From NCBI GenBank assembly GCA_041664285.1, contig JBAYLA010000002.1:1349-65348 (forward strand): a stretch of DNA of 64,000 nt, given 5' to 3'. Of the stretch, positions 18,942 to 29,065 are shown one piece after another. Within the stretch, counting starts at the first letter, position 1; each line of letters starts with the position of its first letter. The DNA is from Minisyncoccota bacterium. GTDB lineage: Bacteria > Patescibacteriota > Minisyncoccia > Phycocordibacterales > UBA9973. Under the pieces are notes generated by a model that saw only the letters and a program-made list of their open reading frames with translations, did not search any database and was not told the origin of the DNA. Made by a program: the position numbers and the translations under genes.

Positions 18942-19994
18942 ATGTATTTTATTAAAATTATTGGAAAAGTATTAGTTATTATTTTTGCTATAATTGGGCT
19001 TGTTTTTGCCGGTGTTTTTGTCGCGATGAAGCTTGGTTGGACCAACGTGAGAGGAACTATTAAAGAGCGTAATTCAGCTTATTTTCAAGATATTAGTAAT
19101 AGCCAAACTGTAAGTGGAGATGAAAATAAAGAAATAATTTTATCTTGCAAGATTCATGCACTTTTTAATTACGCACCAGATACAGCCAACAAAATAGACA
19201 CAGAATACAGAATGATCGGCAACGTAGCATTTATAGAAAAAATGCTTGAATATGCCTTGATTCGTTATAGAGATACCGCCCTTGTTTCTGATTTTAATAA
19301 TTGTAATGGGGCAACGATACTGGACAAAACTCCACTTGCGCAGACTGCATACGCCTGGGCTGATTCTGACGAATGGGGAGTTTTAAAATTTGTCTTTACT
19401 CGTGATCAAGATATTATAAAAAAGGCAGCGAAGGATGCCGGTATTTCTCCTAGAATTTTACTCGGCGGTGTTATTGGAGAACAATTAAGATTTTTCTCTA
19501 ATCGACGTGAGTCATTTAAAGCATATTTTGAACCATTGAAGATTCTTGCGACCTTATCAAGTTTCTCATATGGTATTGCTGGATTGAAGCCAGACACTGT
19601 TGCAAAAATTGATGATAATTTAAAGAACAAAAATTCTGTTTTTTATCTTGGGAGTAGTATGGAAAACGTCATTACATATCCGGAAGGTGAAAACATAGAA
19701 AAGTTACGTTTTGAAAGAATTACAGACACGAAGAATACATATTATTCTTATCTATATGTTGGGCTTTTTATGCGACAAGTTACTGCCCAATGGTTGGCGT
19801 CTGGTTATGACATTAGGAATCGTGTTGGTATACTTTCTACTCTATATAATCTTGGATTTAATCGCTCAATACCAAAGCCTGATGCTTCTCTTGGAGGGTC
19901 AAGTATTACTATAAATGATCAAGAGTATAGTTTTGGTGAGTTGGGTGAGGAGTTTTATTATTCAGGTGAGTTACTTAGAGAATTTCCATTATAA
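18942..19994 (+). CDS. Membrane-anchored protein with probable lysozyme-like/transglycosylase domain
   Basis: N-terminal TM; AAKDAGISPRILLG..GEQ, SYGIAG, LYNLG resemble lysozyme-like motifs. Confidence 0.55.
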   Translation: MYFIKIIGKVLVIIFAIIGLVFAGVFVAMKLGWTNVRGTIKERNSAYFQDISNSQTVSGDENKEIILSCKIHALFNYAPDTANKIDTEYRMIGNVAFIEKMLEYALIRYRDTALVSDFNNCNGATILDKTPLAQTAYAWADSDEWGVLKFVFTRDQDIIKKAAKDAGISPRILLGGVIGEQLRFFSNRRESFKAYFEPLKILATLSSFSYGIAGLKPDTVAKIDDNLKNKNSVFYLGSSMENVITYPEGENIEKLRFERITDTKNTYYSYLYVGLFMRQVTAQWLASGYDIRNRVGILSTLYNLGFNRSIPKPDASLGGSSITINDQEYSFGELGEEFYYSGELLREFPL

Positions 19995-20022
19995 ATTTTT
20001 ATCAATAAGCAAAAATATAATC

Positions 20023-20292
20023 ATGGAAAAAGATCCAATAAAAAAAGCAGAAGAATTAGTAAGAGAAGTGCATAACACTGCTGGGAAATATACTCGACCA
20101 GTCCTTAAGCGATACCCACTTTTGTTTGCCTTCTTAATTGTTTTTAGTGCTGCAGCAATCATAGAAGGATTTAGACTTTTTGTTGATGAAATTCCTTTTT
20201 TTAGAGAGCATCCAACTTTCTTAATTTTTATTGGAGTTCTCACTTTACTTTTTACAGGTAAACTTTATGAATCTCTGGAAAAGATGAAATAA
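20023..20292 (+). CDS. Small two-TM membrane protein
   Basis: MEKDP start inside 19915 ORF; two hydrophobic segments; abuts next gene. Confidence 0.75.
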   Translation: MEKDPIKKAEELVREVHNTAGKYTRPVLKRYPLLFAFLIVFSAAAIIEGFRLFVDEIPFFREHPTFLIFIGVLTLLFTGKLYESLEKMK

Positions 20293-20294
20293 TT

Positions 20295-20966
20295 ATGGAA
20301 AAGAACTATAAATATTTAGGGGCTATCAGTGTTTTCTTTGTTTCTATTTTGTTGATTTCTAATGTCGCTTCAACAAAAATAGCTGATTTTGGTTGGTTCA
20401 CTTTTGATGGGGGGACTTTACTTTTCCCACTTTCTTATATTTTTGGAGATATTTTAACCGAAGTTTATGGTTATAGAAAATCTCGGAGTGTCATTTGGCT
20501 TGGATTTTTTATGGCTCTACTGATGTCCATAATATTTATTATCGTTGGCAAGCTTCCTCCTGCTTCTGGTTGGGAAAATCAATCTGCCTATGATGCTATT
20601 TTAGGATTAACTCCACGAATAGTTTTTGCCAGTTTGATTGCTTATATTTGTGGAGAATTTTCTAACTCCTACATTTTAGCTAAAATGAAAATATGGACCA
20701 AGGGAAAATGGCTCTGGACTAGAACAATAGGCTCTACTTTAGTTGGTGAATTAGTAGACAGCATCCTTTTTATTATGATAGCTTTTTGGGGTATCTTGCC
20801 AAATTCTTTACTTCTTATACTTGTAATTTCAAATTATATTTTTAAAACTGGAGTTGAGATATTGTTTACACCCATAACATATAGAATTATAAAATTTTTG
20901 AAAAGGGAAGAGGGGGAAGATTATTATGATATCAATACCAACTTTAATCCTTTTAAAACAGAGTAA
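20295..20966 (+). CDS. Queuosine precursor transporter (YhhQ/VUT family)
   Basis: FPLSYIFGDILTEVYG, TPRI..AS..AY, RTIGST.VGE..DS. Confidence 0.92.
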   Translation: MEKNYKYLGAISVFFVSILLISNVASTKIADFGWFTFDGGTLLFPLSYIFGDILTEVYGYRKSRSVIWLGFFMALLMSIIFIIVGKLPPASGWENQSAYDAILGLTPRIVFASLIAYICGEFSNSYILAKMKIWTKGKWLWTRTIGSTLVGELVDSILFIMIAFWGILPNSLLLILVISNYIFKTGVEILFTPITYRIIKFLKREEGEDYYDINTNFNPFKTE

Positions 20967-20978
20967 GTATTTTATAAT

Positions 20979-21320
20979 TTATTCTTCCTTCTCAAATATT
21001 TCTAAAGCCCAGCTGATGATTGCGAGCACAATACCGAACAAAAGAGCCCACCAGAAATTATCTACTGTAAATCCAGGTACGATATAACTTGCCAACATTA
21101 CAAGTAAACCATTGATAACTAATACAAAAACCCCAAGCGTTAAGATTGTAATAGGCAAAGTAAGGAATATAAGTATTGGACGCAAAATTGTATTAATAAT
21201 TCCTAGGACTAGTGCTAAAACAAGAGCTGCTACTATGCCACTTACGTGCACTCCTGGTAAAATATAAGCAGTTATTAATATTGCTAAAACCGAAATAACA
21301 AAATGTAATATTGTTTTCAT
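20979..21320 (-). CDS. YvlD/DUF360 (phage holin family-like) membrane protein
   Basis: N..LRPIL..LTLPIT.LTLG.F..VING; PGF.V..FW.A. Confidence 0.9.
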   Translation of the reverse strand: MKTILHFVISVLAILITAYILPGVHVSGIVAALVLALVLGIINTILRPILIFLTLPITILTLGVFVLVINGLLVMLASYIVPGFTVDNFWWALLFGIVLAIISWALEIFEKEE

Positions 21321-22210
21321 AATGTTTTAATTATATCATTAAGCTTCATTTTTGACGAATCAAACCATTTAATATCTTTATCTCTTTTAAACCACGTAAT
21401 TTGACGTTTGGCGTATTTATAAATTTCAGAATTTAATCTTTTTAACATCTCCTGTTTAGTAATTTTATTTTGCAAATATAAAGCCATAAATCTATATTCT
21501 AACCCAAGTTCTTCCATTCTTGAGTAAGATAAACCCTGCCCATGAAGTCTTTTAGCTTCATTTAACATGCCAGCCCTTATTCTTACTAATAGTCTTTTTT
21601 CTATTTTCTTTTTTAATAAATCTTCCGGTAAATATAATCCAATTTTTATGAATTTATATGGGGGAGGTGTTGTCTTCACTACTGGAACTTTCCCTAAAAC
21701 CTTTAATATTTCAATAGCTCGAATTAGCCTTACTTTATTATTTTTATCAATATTGTTTGCTCGTCTTAAGTCAAGTTTTTTTAATATCTGGAAAAGTTCT
21801 TTAACTGATTTTTTTTCTAAAACTTTTCTTAGTTTCAAATTTGGTGGAACTTCAGGGAAAATTATGCCTTTTGTTACAGCATCAATATAAAATCCTGTTC
21901 CTCCGCAAATGATAGGAGTTTTATTCCTTTTTACAATATCAGCCATGGCTGATATTGCTAATTTTTGATATTCAACAACAGTAAACTTTTTTTTAGGATT
22001 TGCTACATCGAGTAAATGGTGGGGAACACCCCGCATTTCTTTTTTGGTAATTTTTCCTGTACCTATATCTAATCCTTTGTAAACTTGTCTAGAATCAGCA
22101 GAAATGATCTCACCACTAATTTTCTTAGCGATCTTGACCGATAAATCACTCTTTCCAGCCGAAGTTTGGCCTAAAATCACAATAATTTTAGGTTGATTAT
22201 TTTTCACCAT
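21317..22210 (-). CDS. miaA: tRNA dimethylallyltransferase
   Basis: GQTSAGKS, SADSRQVY, GGTGFY, YAKRQITWF. Confidence 0.97.
   Translation of the reverse strand: MVKNNQPKIIVILGQTSAGKSDLSVKIAKKISGEIISADSRQVYKGLDIGTGKITKKEMRGVPHHLLDVANPKKKFTVVEYQKLAISAMADIVKRNKTPIICGGTGFYIDAVTKGIIFPEVPPNLKLRKVLEKKSVKELFQILKKLDLRRANNIDKNNKVRLIRAIEILKVLGKVPVVKTTPPPYKFIKIGLYLPEDLLKKKIEKRLLVRIRAGMLNEAKRLHGQGLSYSRMEELGLEYRFMALYLQNKITKQEMLKRLNSEIYKYAKRQITWFKRDKDIKWFDSSKMKLNDIIKTL
21934..21957. repeat. Perfect 24-bp palindrome inside miaA
   Basis: CAATATCAGCCATGGCTGATATTG; first 16 nt recur intergenically at 55978-55993. Confidence 0.85.
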
Positions 22211-22217
22211 AAGTTTA

Positions 22218-23549
22218 TTATTTCAAAATTTTAATATCTGCACCGATAGAATTTAATCGCTCAGCTATTTCTTCGTAGCCACGATTTATCATATATACAT
22301 TACGAAGAATAGAAGTTCCTCCTGCTGCCAACATAGAAATAAATATAACCATTGAAGGGCGGAGAGCAGGCGGACAGACTACTTGAGCAGCTTTTAAGGG
22401 TGTTCCACCCTGAATATAAACTCGATGTGGATCTGCCAGAGTAATGTTTGCTCCTAAACGATTTAATTCTGTGAAATAGATTGCCCGATTTTCATAAACC
22501 CAATCATGAATCATTGTTTGACCTTTTGCCTTTATTGCTATTGGTACAAAAAATGGAAGATTGTCGATGTTTATTCCCGGGTAAGGATTGGAATGGATCT
22601 TATCTTTTAGAGCTCTTAATTTACTTGGAAAAATTTCAATATCAGCAAGTCTGGTACGGCCATTATAGGAATAATATTTCTTTGAAATTTTATATTTTAA
22701 ATTCATTCTTTTTAATTTTTCAAGTTCCAGTGAAAGAAAATCAATTGGACATCGAGTTACTGTCAGTTTCGAGTCTGTGACGATACAAGCCGATATAAAC
22801 ATCATAGACTCAATCGGATCTTCGCTATTCCAATATTCAATATCTTTATTTATTTCCTTGATTCCATGAACAGTTAAAGTAGCTGTTCCAATACCATCAA
22901 TTTTTACACCTAAAGTTTCAAGGAAGAAACATACTTCTTGAACCATGTAGTTGGCACTTGCAAAACTTATGGTAGTGGTACCATTTATTAAAGCAGCAGC
23001 GGTTAAGACATTTTCACAAGCTGTATCCCCAGATTCATACATCACTATTTCTGCAGATTTTAATTTTTTTGCGTTGATTTCGTAAACCTTTGGTGTTGTT
23101 TTTATTTTTACCCCAAGCTCTTCTAGGGCATAAGTGTGAGCAGCAATTGTACGTTTACCTAAAATACAGCCTTGTGCATGAGGAAGAGGAAAGTTAGTTA
23201 ATTTATGTATTAGGGGCCCAATCAACATAACAATCGAACGTGTTTTAATAGCTGATTCTGTATTAATGTTTTTTATTTGAAACACCTTAGGAGGTGTAAT
23301 TTTTATTGTATTGCGATCCAACCAATGTACTTTTACTCCAATGCTTTCAAGAATTTCAATCACTCTATTTACTTCTTCAATATGGGCAATGCCATGCAGG
23401 GTCGTTGTTCCACTATTGAGGAGAGAAGCACAAAGCAGTCCAACAGAACCATTTTTCGAAAAATTGGTTTTAATTTTTCCACTTAACTTTTTTCCACCAT
23501 TTACTTGGAAATCAATTGAGTTACTTAATTGTATTTTCTCTTTTTTCAT
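22218..23549 (-). CDS. murA: UDP-N-acetylglucosamine 1-carboxyvinyltransferase
   Basis: SKN, GCILGKR active-site Cys loop, PYPG..D, YENR, RGYE. Confidence 0.93.
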   Translation of the reverse strand: MKKEKIQLSNSIDFQVNGGKKLSGKIKTNFSKNGSVGLLCASLLNSGTTTLHGIAHIEEVNRVIEILESIGVKVHWLDRNTIKITPPKVFQIKNINTESAIKTRSIVMLIGPLIHKLTNFPLPHAQGCILGKRTIAAHTYALEELGVKIKTTPKVYEINAKKLKSAEIVMYESGDTACENVLTAAALINGTTTISFASANYMVQEVCFFLETLGVKIDGIGTATLTVHGIKEINKDIEYWNSEDPIESMMFISACIVTDSKLTVTRCPIDFLSLELEKLKRMNLKYKISKKYYSYNGRTRLADIEIFPSKLRALKDKIHSNPYPGINIDNLPFFVPIAIKAKGQTMIHDWVYENRAIYFTELNRLGANITLADPHRVYIQGGTPLKAAQVVCPPALRPSMVIFISMLAAGGTSILRNVYMINRGYEEIAERLNSIGADIKILK

Positions 23550-23559
23550 TTTTTCTATG

Positions 23560-23641
23560 TGCCGGAGGAGAGAATCGAACTCTCACCCCTTGCGAGACAC
23601 GATTTTGAGTCGTGCGCGTCTACCAATTCCGCCACTCCGGC
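23560..23641 (-). tRNA. tRNA-Leu (CAA)
   Basis: Reverse complement GCCGGAGTGGCGGAATTGGTAGACGCG-CACGA-CTCAAAA-TCGTG, long variable arm, GTTCGATT...CTCCGGCA. Confidence 0.96.
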
Positions 23642-23737
23642 CTGCTTCGCTAATCAAGGCGAGCAATTAACACATTCTACACACTTTTACGCTCAAAATC
23701 AATTTTTGAAAATAAAAATTTTATGTTAAAATGGAGC

Positions 23738-24736
23738 ATGTCTAATTTATATTCTAATTCAATTTTTTGGATTGATACCGACAAAATAAAACCAAATCCT
23801 TTTCAACCTAGGAGAGATTTTGACGAAGCTCGTTTACAAGATTTATCTGATTCCATAAAACAATACGGAGTGCTTCAGCCACTCATTGTTTCTCGGGTAG
23901 AAATGGAAAAAGAAGACGGTGGAGGATTAGTGACAGAATATGAACTAATAGCAGGGGAGCGCAGGTTACGAGCTGCTAAGCTTGCGATGGTGTCGCAAGT
24001 ACCAGTTGTAATTCGCACAGGAGATACAGCCATCATGAAGCTTGAGCTTGCCATTATTGAGAATTTACAACGTGAAGATCTAAATGTTGTTGATCGTGCC
24101 AGAGCCTTTTTTAGATTAGTGAGTGAATTTAAATTCACTCATATTGAAATTGCCAAAAAAATGGGTCGCAGTAGGGAATATGTTTCTAATACTTTACGTA
24201 TTTTGTCTTTACCTGAAGAAATATTGAATGGCTTATCAGAAGGGAAAATTACCGAAGGGCACACTCGCCCGATTTTAATGCTAGCAGACCATCCAGAAGA
24301 ACAAATGGTTTTGTTTAAAGAGATTGTATATAAAAAGATAACGGTTCGCGAAGCAGAAAGATTAGCTCGAAAAATAGCATATGATCGCGTACGCAAGAAA
24401 GAATTTATGCCTGATCCAGAAATTACTGAACTAGAAGAGGAATTTCAAGAAAAATTAGGTACTCGTGTCCACATAGACAGAAAGGAATTAGGTGGACAGA
24501 TTAAAATTGATTTCTTTTCCACTGAAGACCTACGGACTATCTTAGACTTAATTCATAAGGGAGAAAATGAAAAAAAGCCGGAAGAGATGATGGAAAATTA
24601 CATTACTCAAAATAATTTAGCTGAAGCAGACGGCCCTGATCTAATGCCTGAAAGTATGCCTATTGACGACAGAACAAAAGAGGAAACACAAAAAGACGAT
24701 ACAGATTTATATAATATTTCTAACTTTAGTCTTTAG
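23738..24736 (+). CDS. parB: ParB/Spo0J chromosome partitioning protein
   Basis: NPFQPRRDF, AGERR, ENLQREDL, HTH SREYVSNTLR; start at MSNL assumed. Confidence 0.95.
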   Translation: MSNLYSNSIFWIDTDKIKPNPFQPRRDFDEARLQDLSDSIKQYGVLQPLIVSRVEMEKEDGGGLVTEYELIAGERRLRAAKLAMVSQVPVVIRTGDTAIMKLELAIIENLQREDLNVVDRARAFFRLVSEFKFTHIEIAKKMGRSREYVSNTLRILSLPEEILNGLSEGKITEGHTRPILMLADHPEEQMVLFKEIVYKKITVREAERLARKIAYDRVRKKEFMPDPEITELEEEFQEKLGTRVHIDRKELGGQIKIDFFSTEDLRTILDLIHKGENEKKPEEMMENYITQNNLAEADGPDLMPESMPIDDRTKEETQKDDTDLYNISNFSL

Positions 24737-24748
24737 GTTATATAAAAA

Positions 24749-26218
24749 TTAGTTTTGTCCAAAAGATTTAAGCTTAGATAGCAAGCTATGTTTTTCTAGA
24801 TATGATCTTATGTGTTTTTTTGCGACAGAGGTTTTTATATATTCAAGCCATTTATTAGAAGGCTTAGAGTCTTTCTTTGTTATTATTTCAACGATATCTC
24901 CATTTTTTAACTTTGTAAAAATTTGAGACATTTTACCATTTATTTTAGCTCCAAAAATATGATCTCCAATATCTGAATGTATTGAATAAGCGAAATCTAT
25001 TGGATTCGAATCTTCAGGCAAATCTATAACGTCTCCTTTGGGTGTAAAAATAAAAATACGATTATTGAAAAAATCCATTTTAAGGTGGTCAATAAACTTT
25101 TTTGGGTCATCATCATCTGAATATTTTAATTCTTTTAATTCATTAATCCATTTTAATTTATTTTTATCATTCTTCCCTTTATTATTATTTTCTTTATAAG
25201 CAAAATGTGCGGCAATACCATAAGCTGCCTCAGCATGCATGTCTTTTGTTCGTATTTGAATTTCAGCTACTCCACCTAAGCCAGTAAAAACAGTTGTGTG
25301 GATAGAACGATAACCGTTTGGTTTAGGGATAGCAATATAATCTTTGATTCTGCCAGGCAATGGATTCCATAGAGAATGAACCAATCCCAAAACCCTATAA
25401 CATTCTTCTATGGTATTAACGACAACACGAAGAGCTACAATGTCATAGATTTTTTCTATGTCCATGTTATATCTTAAAAGTTTTTTATAGAGACTATATT
25501 TGTGTTTTATTCGGTAATCAATTTCAACAAATTTTATTTTATTTTTTTCTAATTCTTTTTTTAATTTTACATTTACTTCTGTTAAATATTTTTTAAAAAG
25601 TTCTTTTTTTTCTTTTAATATTTCCTCTATTTCTTTATATTCTTTTGGATAAGCATACGAGAAAGCAGCATCTTCTAATTCACCTTTAAGTTTTCCCATT
25701 CCTAGACGGCTAGCGAGCGGGGCATAGATTTCGATTGATTCTAATGCGATTCTACGTCTCTTATTTTCAGGAATGAATTCTAATGTTCTTAAATTATGAA
25801 GTCTATCAGCAAATTTTATAATAACTACTCGCAAATCATTTGCCATTGCAACAAAAAATTTACGTAAAGATTCCACGTGTCTTTCGTGCCCTCTATATTT
25901 TAAGGTTCCTAATTTTGTAACACCTTTTATTAAAAATAAAATATCATCACCGAAATTTTTCTGTATTTCTTCTTCTTTGGTTGATGTATCTTCCAGAACA
26001 TCATGCAATAGTCCTGCAACAATAGTCTGTGTATCCATTCCCAGGCTTGCTAAAATTTTTGCTGTCTCAAAAGGATGGATAAAATATGGCTCCCCACTCA
26101 TTCTTTTTTGACCGGCATGAGCCTTTTCGGCAAAATCATAAGCTTTTTTAAGGAGTTCTGCTTCTTCTCTTTTTATACCTCCCCCCATAAGGTCAATTAT
26201 TTCTTTTATTCTTGCCAT
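24749..26218 (-). CDS. RelA/SpoT homologue (HD + synthetase + TGS; no C-terminal ACT)
   Basis: SGEPY..HP, HDVLED, ADRLHN, KPNGY.S.H, EIQIRT, FTPKG..DFAY. Confidence 0.93.
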   Translation of the reverse strand: MARIKEIIDLMGGGIKREEAELLKKAYDFAEKAHAGQKRMSGEPYFIHPFETAKILASLGMDTQTIVAGLLHDVLEDTSTKEEEIQKNFGDDILFLIKGVTKLGTLKYRGHERHVESLRKFFVAMANDLRVVIIKFADRLHNLRTLEFIPENKRRRIALESIEIYAPLASRLGMGKLKGELEDAAFSYAYPKEYKEIEEILKEKKELFKKYLTEVNVKLKKELEKNKIKFVEIDYRIKHKYSLYKKLLRYNMDIEKIYDIVALRVVVNTIEECYRVLGLVHSLWNPLPGRIKDYIAIPKPNGYRSIHTTVFTGLGGVAEIQIRTKDMHAEAAYGIAAHFAYKENNNKGKNDKNKLKWINELKELKYSDDDDPKKFIDHLKMDFFNNRIFIFTPKGDVIDLPEDSNPIDFAYSIHSDIGDHIFGAKINGKMSQIFTKLKNGDIVEIITKKDSKPSNKWLEYIKTSVAKKHIRSYLEKHSLLSKLKSFGQN

Positions 26219-26261
26219 AGTATGAAGTATAGCATTTATTAAAAGCTTCGAAAATGTTATT

Positions 26262-28478
26262 TTAAGCCTCTATCTTTGGTATTTTATGAGGATTGTGCAT
26301 TTTACAAGTTTTATTAGAACATCTTTCAGGGATAGTTTTTGTGCCTTCCATCATTAAACTTCCGCATTCTTTACATATATTTCCAGTAGGTTTAGCCTTG
26401 ATGGCAAATTTACAATCTGGATAATTTGAACAAGAATAAAAAATTCCAAATCTTCCACGTCGTTCTGAAATATCTCCTTTTTTACAAACAGGGCAAATAA
26501 CCCCTGTACGCTTTCTTGCTTCCTCTTCTTCGTCTTTTTTTATAAATTTACATTTTGGATAACGAGAACAAGAAATAAATGTACCTGTACCATCACGTCT
26601 TTCTTTAATGATAAGTTTACCTCCACCAGACTTTCTCTTTTTTTCTCCACATTGGGGACATAGTTCGCCAGTCTCTTTGGGGCCTTTTAATTCGGTACCA
26701 TCCAACATTAAGGCTCCATCGCAGTCAGGATATTTAGAACAAGAATAAAATTTACCCCCTCGAGAAAGTTTAATGATCATAGAACTACCACATTTCGGAC
26801 ACTTTATATTTTCTGGTGCATCACCTAAATTTGTTGCTTTCTCTAGTTTTTCTTTTGATTTTACATCTTTTGAAAAAGGTGTATAAAAATCTTTTAATGT
26901 CTTTTCATATTCACGCTCGCCTCTAGATATTTCATCTAGTTCATCTTCCATTAAAGCAGTAAATGTGTCGGAAATATAATTAGCGAAATGTTTTTCTAGA
27001 AAATCTGAAACAACTTCACCAACATCAGTCGGGAATAATGTTTTACCTTCTTTTTTTACATAACCTCTGTCGTCAATTGTTCTCATAATAGATGCATAGG
27101 TAGAAGGTCGTCCTATTCCTCTTGCTTCAAGTTCTTTAATTAATCCTGCTTCAGAATATCTACTTGGTGGTTCGGTAAACTTTTCTTCTCCACTCAAGCC
27201 GAGCAGTTTTAATTTTTCTCCTTCCTGACACAAAGGAAGTTCTACGTCTTCGCCTCGAGCGCCGGTATCTACGGCTAGCCATCCAGGGAAAAGTAAACGA
27301 GATCCAGTTGCTCCAAAATCAGGGATATCATCATGACCTTCCACCACAGCTGTAATTTTTGTTTTAAGTAATTTTGCTTCTGTCATTTGAGAAGATACAG
27401 CTCTTTCCCAAATAAGTCTATAAAGCTTACTTTGATCTTCGGTACCGGCATGCAATTTTTCTATATGAGTTGGACGAATAGCTTCGTGCGCTTCTTGGGC
27501 ATTTTTTGATTTAGTTTTATAAACTCTGGCTTGGGCATATTTATCTCCATATTCTTTCTTAATAAAAGATAAAATTTGATTTACTGCAGCCCCTCCAAGA
27601 TTCGTGCTGTCTGTTCTCATATAGGTGATATGTCCAGCTTCATAAAGTTTCTGAGCAATTTGCATTGTACGTGAAGGGGAATATCCAAGTCTAGAAGAAG
27701 CTGTTTGCTGTAAGGTAGAAGTGGTAAAGGGTGCTCTAGGAGAGCGTTTCTGTTCAGATTCTTTTACACTTTTTACTATCCAAGAACCCTTTTTCCCTTC
27801 AATCATTATTTTTTCAAATAATTTTTCATCTCTTGGTTCTTCAGAACACGTTAAAGTAATTTTTTCTTTTTTTTGTGTTTCAAATAATCCTAATATTTTC
27901 CAAAATTTTTCAGGTACGAAAGCGCGAATTTCACGTTCACGTTCCATTATTATACGAAGTGCAGGGGATTGAACACGACCAGCCGAGAGTCCATATCTTA
28001 CTTTTTTCCAAATTAAACCCGAGAGATCATAACCAACTAATCTATCAAGAACCCTGCGTGCTTCTTGAGCTTTACGTAGTGCTGTATCAATTTTACGTGG
28101 ATGTTGCAATGCTTCTTCTACTGCTTCTTTTGTAATTTCATAAAAAGCTACTCTTTTTATTGGTGCCTTAACTTTCTTGTCTTGATTTAGAAGTGTCTCA
28201 ATGTGCCAAGCAATAGCTTCTCCCTCACGGTCTGGGTCTGTGGCGAGAAGTATTTCATTTGCTTTTTCCGCTAGTCCTTGAAGTTCGTGAACAATTTTTT
28301 CTTTACCTTTTGAGATTTCATAATGTGGAATAAATCCGCCCTCTATATCTATGGCTTGTTTGTTTGATTTTGGTAAGTCACGAATATGTCCAACAGAAGC
28401 GCGTACAGTAAATTTGCCTTCAAGATATTTCTCAATAGTTTTTGCTTTGGATGGCGATTCAACAATTAATAATTTCAT
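26262..28478 (-). CDS. topA: DNA topoisomerase I with C-terminal Zn ribbons
   Basis: IVESPSKAKTI, DPDREGEAI, SAGRVQ, ITYMRTDS. Confidence 0.98.
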   Translation of the reverse strand: MKLLIVESPSKAKTIEKYLEGKFTVRASVGHIRDLPKSNKQAIDIEGGFIPHYEISKGKEKIVHELQGLAEKANEILLATDPDREGEAIAWHIETLLNQDKKVKAPIKRVAFYEITKEAVEEALQHPRKIDTALRKAQEARRVLDRLVGYDLSGLIWKKVRYGLSAGRVQSPALRIIMEREREIRAFVPEKFWKILGLFETQKKEKITLTCSEEPRDEKLFEKIMIEGKKGSWIVKSVKESEQKRSPRAPFTTSTLQQTASSRLGYSPSRTMQIAQKLYEAGHITYMRTDSTNLGGAAVNQILSFIKKEYGDKYAQARVYKTKSKNAQEAHEAIRPTHIEKLHAGTEDQSKLYRLIWERAVSSQMTEAKLLKTKITAVVEGHDDIPDFGATGSRLLFPGWLAVDTGARGEDVELPLCQEGEKLKLLGLSGEEKFTEPPSRYSEAGLIKELEARGIGRPSTYASIMRTIDDRGYVKKEGKTLFPTDVGEVVSDFLEKHFANYISDTFTALMEDELDEISRGEREYEKTLKDFYTPFSKDVKSKEKLEKATNLGDAPENIKCPKCGSSMIIKLSRGGKFYSCSKYPDCDGALMLDGTELKGPKETGELCPQCGEKKRKSGGGKLIIKERRDGTGTFISCSRYPKCKFIKKDEEEEARKRTGVICPVCKKGDISERRGRFGIFYSCSNYPDCKFAIKAKPTGNICKECGSLMMEGTKTIPERCSNKTCKMHNPHKIPKIEA

Positions 28479-28483
28479 ATGAA

Positions 28484-28548
28484 TTAGGTTATAGGTTTTA
28501 GTTTCTAGAATTTTTACTAGTCCCTAGCAACTAGTCACTAACACCTAA
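28484..28548 (-). repeat. Heptamer (CTAG) array upstream of topA
   Basis: Reverse complement ttaggtgttagtgactagttgctagggactagt...ctagaaactaaaacctataacctaa, homologous to 2570-2630. Confidence 0.85.
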
Positions 28549-28690
28549 CCTTGAGTATTACACAAAATTGAATTCTTTTGCAAATATTTGCATAAAAAAT
28601 GGTGTTTAGTATAATGTAGTAGATATATGAAAAAGGAAGTTAGAAATAAAAAAATAGCTAATTAAATTTTATTATTAGTACACAATAAAT

Positions 28691-29065
28691 ATGGAATTTA
28701 AACAATCAATAAAGAAAGAGGAGAAGACAAAATTTATTATAGCAGATAATGGTTTTGAAAGAGCGATAGGCCCTGCTGAAGAAATTAAAAATCGTTATAC
28801 CTTTTATAGAGATAAAGATTATCCTGCAGAGCTAAGACTTAATGGAAATCTCCTTTATGATGAATATAAACCTATAACTATCGAAGAAGATAGTATTATC
28901 TATGATAATGCGGGACTTAGTAATTATGTGCTTAGAAAGGGTGATTTAATTGTTGTCACCAAAGATGGCAAACAGCCAGATGGAGAAAACTGGAATCTTA
29001 TTAACGAAGAATCAGTCAAGGGGATAAAAACTGCCGTATGGGTGAAAAAAAATAAATTACATTAA
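28691..29065 (+). CDS. Hypothetical protein
   Basis: 124-aa ORF on the opposite strand between dprA and topA. Confidence 0.65.
   Translation: MEFKQSIKKEEKTKFIIADNGFERAIGPAEEIKNRYTFYRDKDYPAELRLNGNLLYDEYKPITIEEDSIIYDNAGLSNYVLRKGDLIVVTKDGKQPDGENWNLINEESVKGIKTAVWVKKNKLH

Noticed and set aside
20200-20295. preQ1 riboswitch upstream of the queuosine-precursor transporter
   Set aside because: The gene starts 2 nt after the upstream stop; no UTR or preQ1 motif seen.
20979-21320. Prophage signalled by a holin-family gene
   Set aside because: YvlD/DUF360 is a common chromosomal membrane protein; no phage genes nearby.
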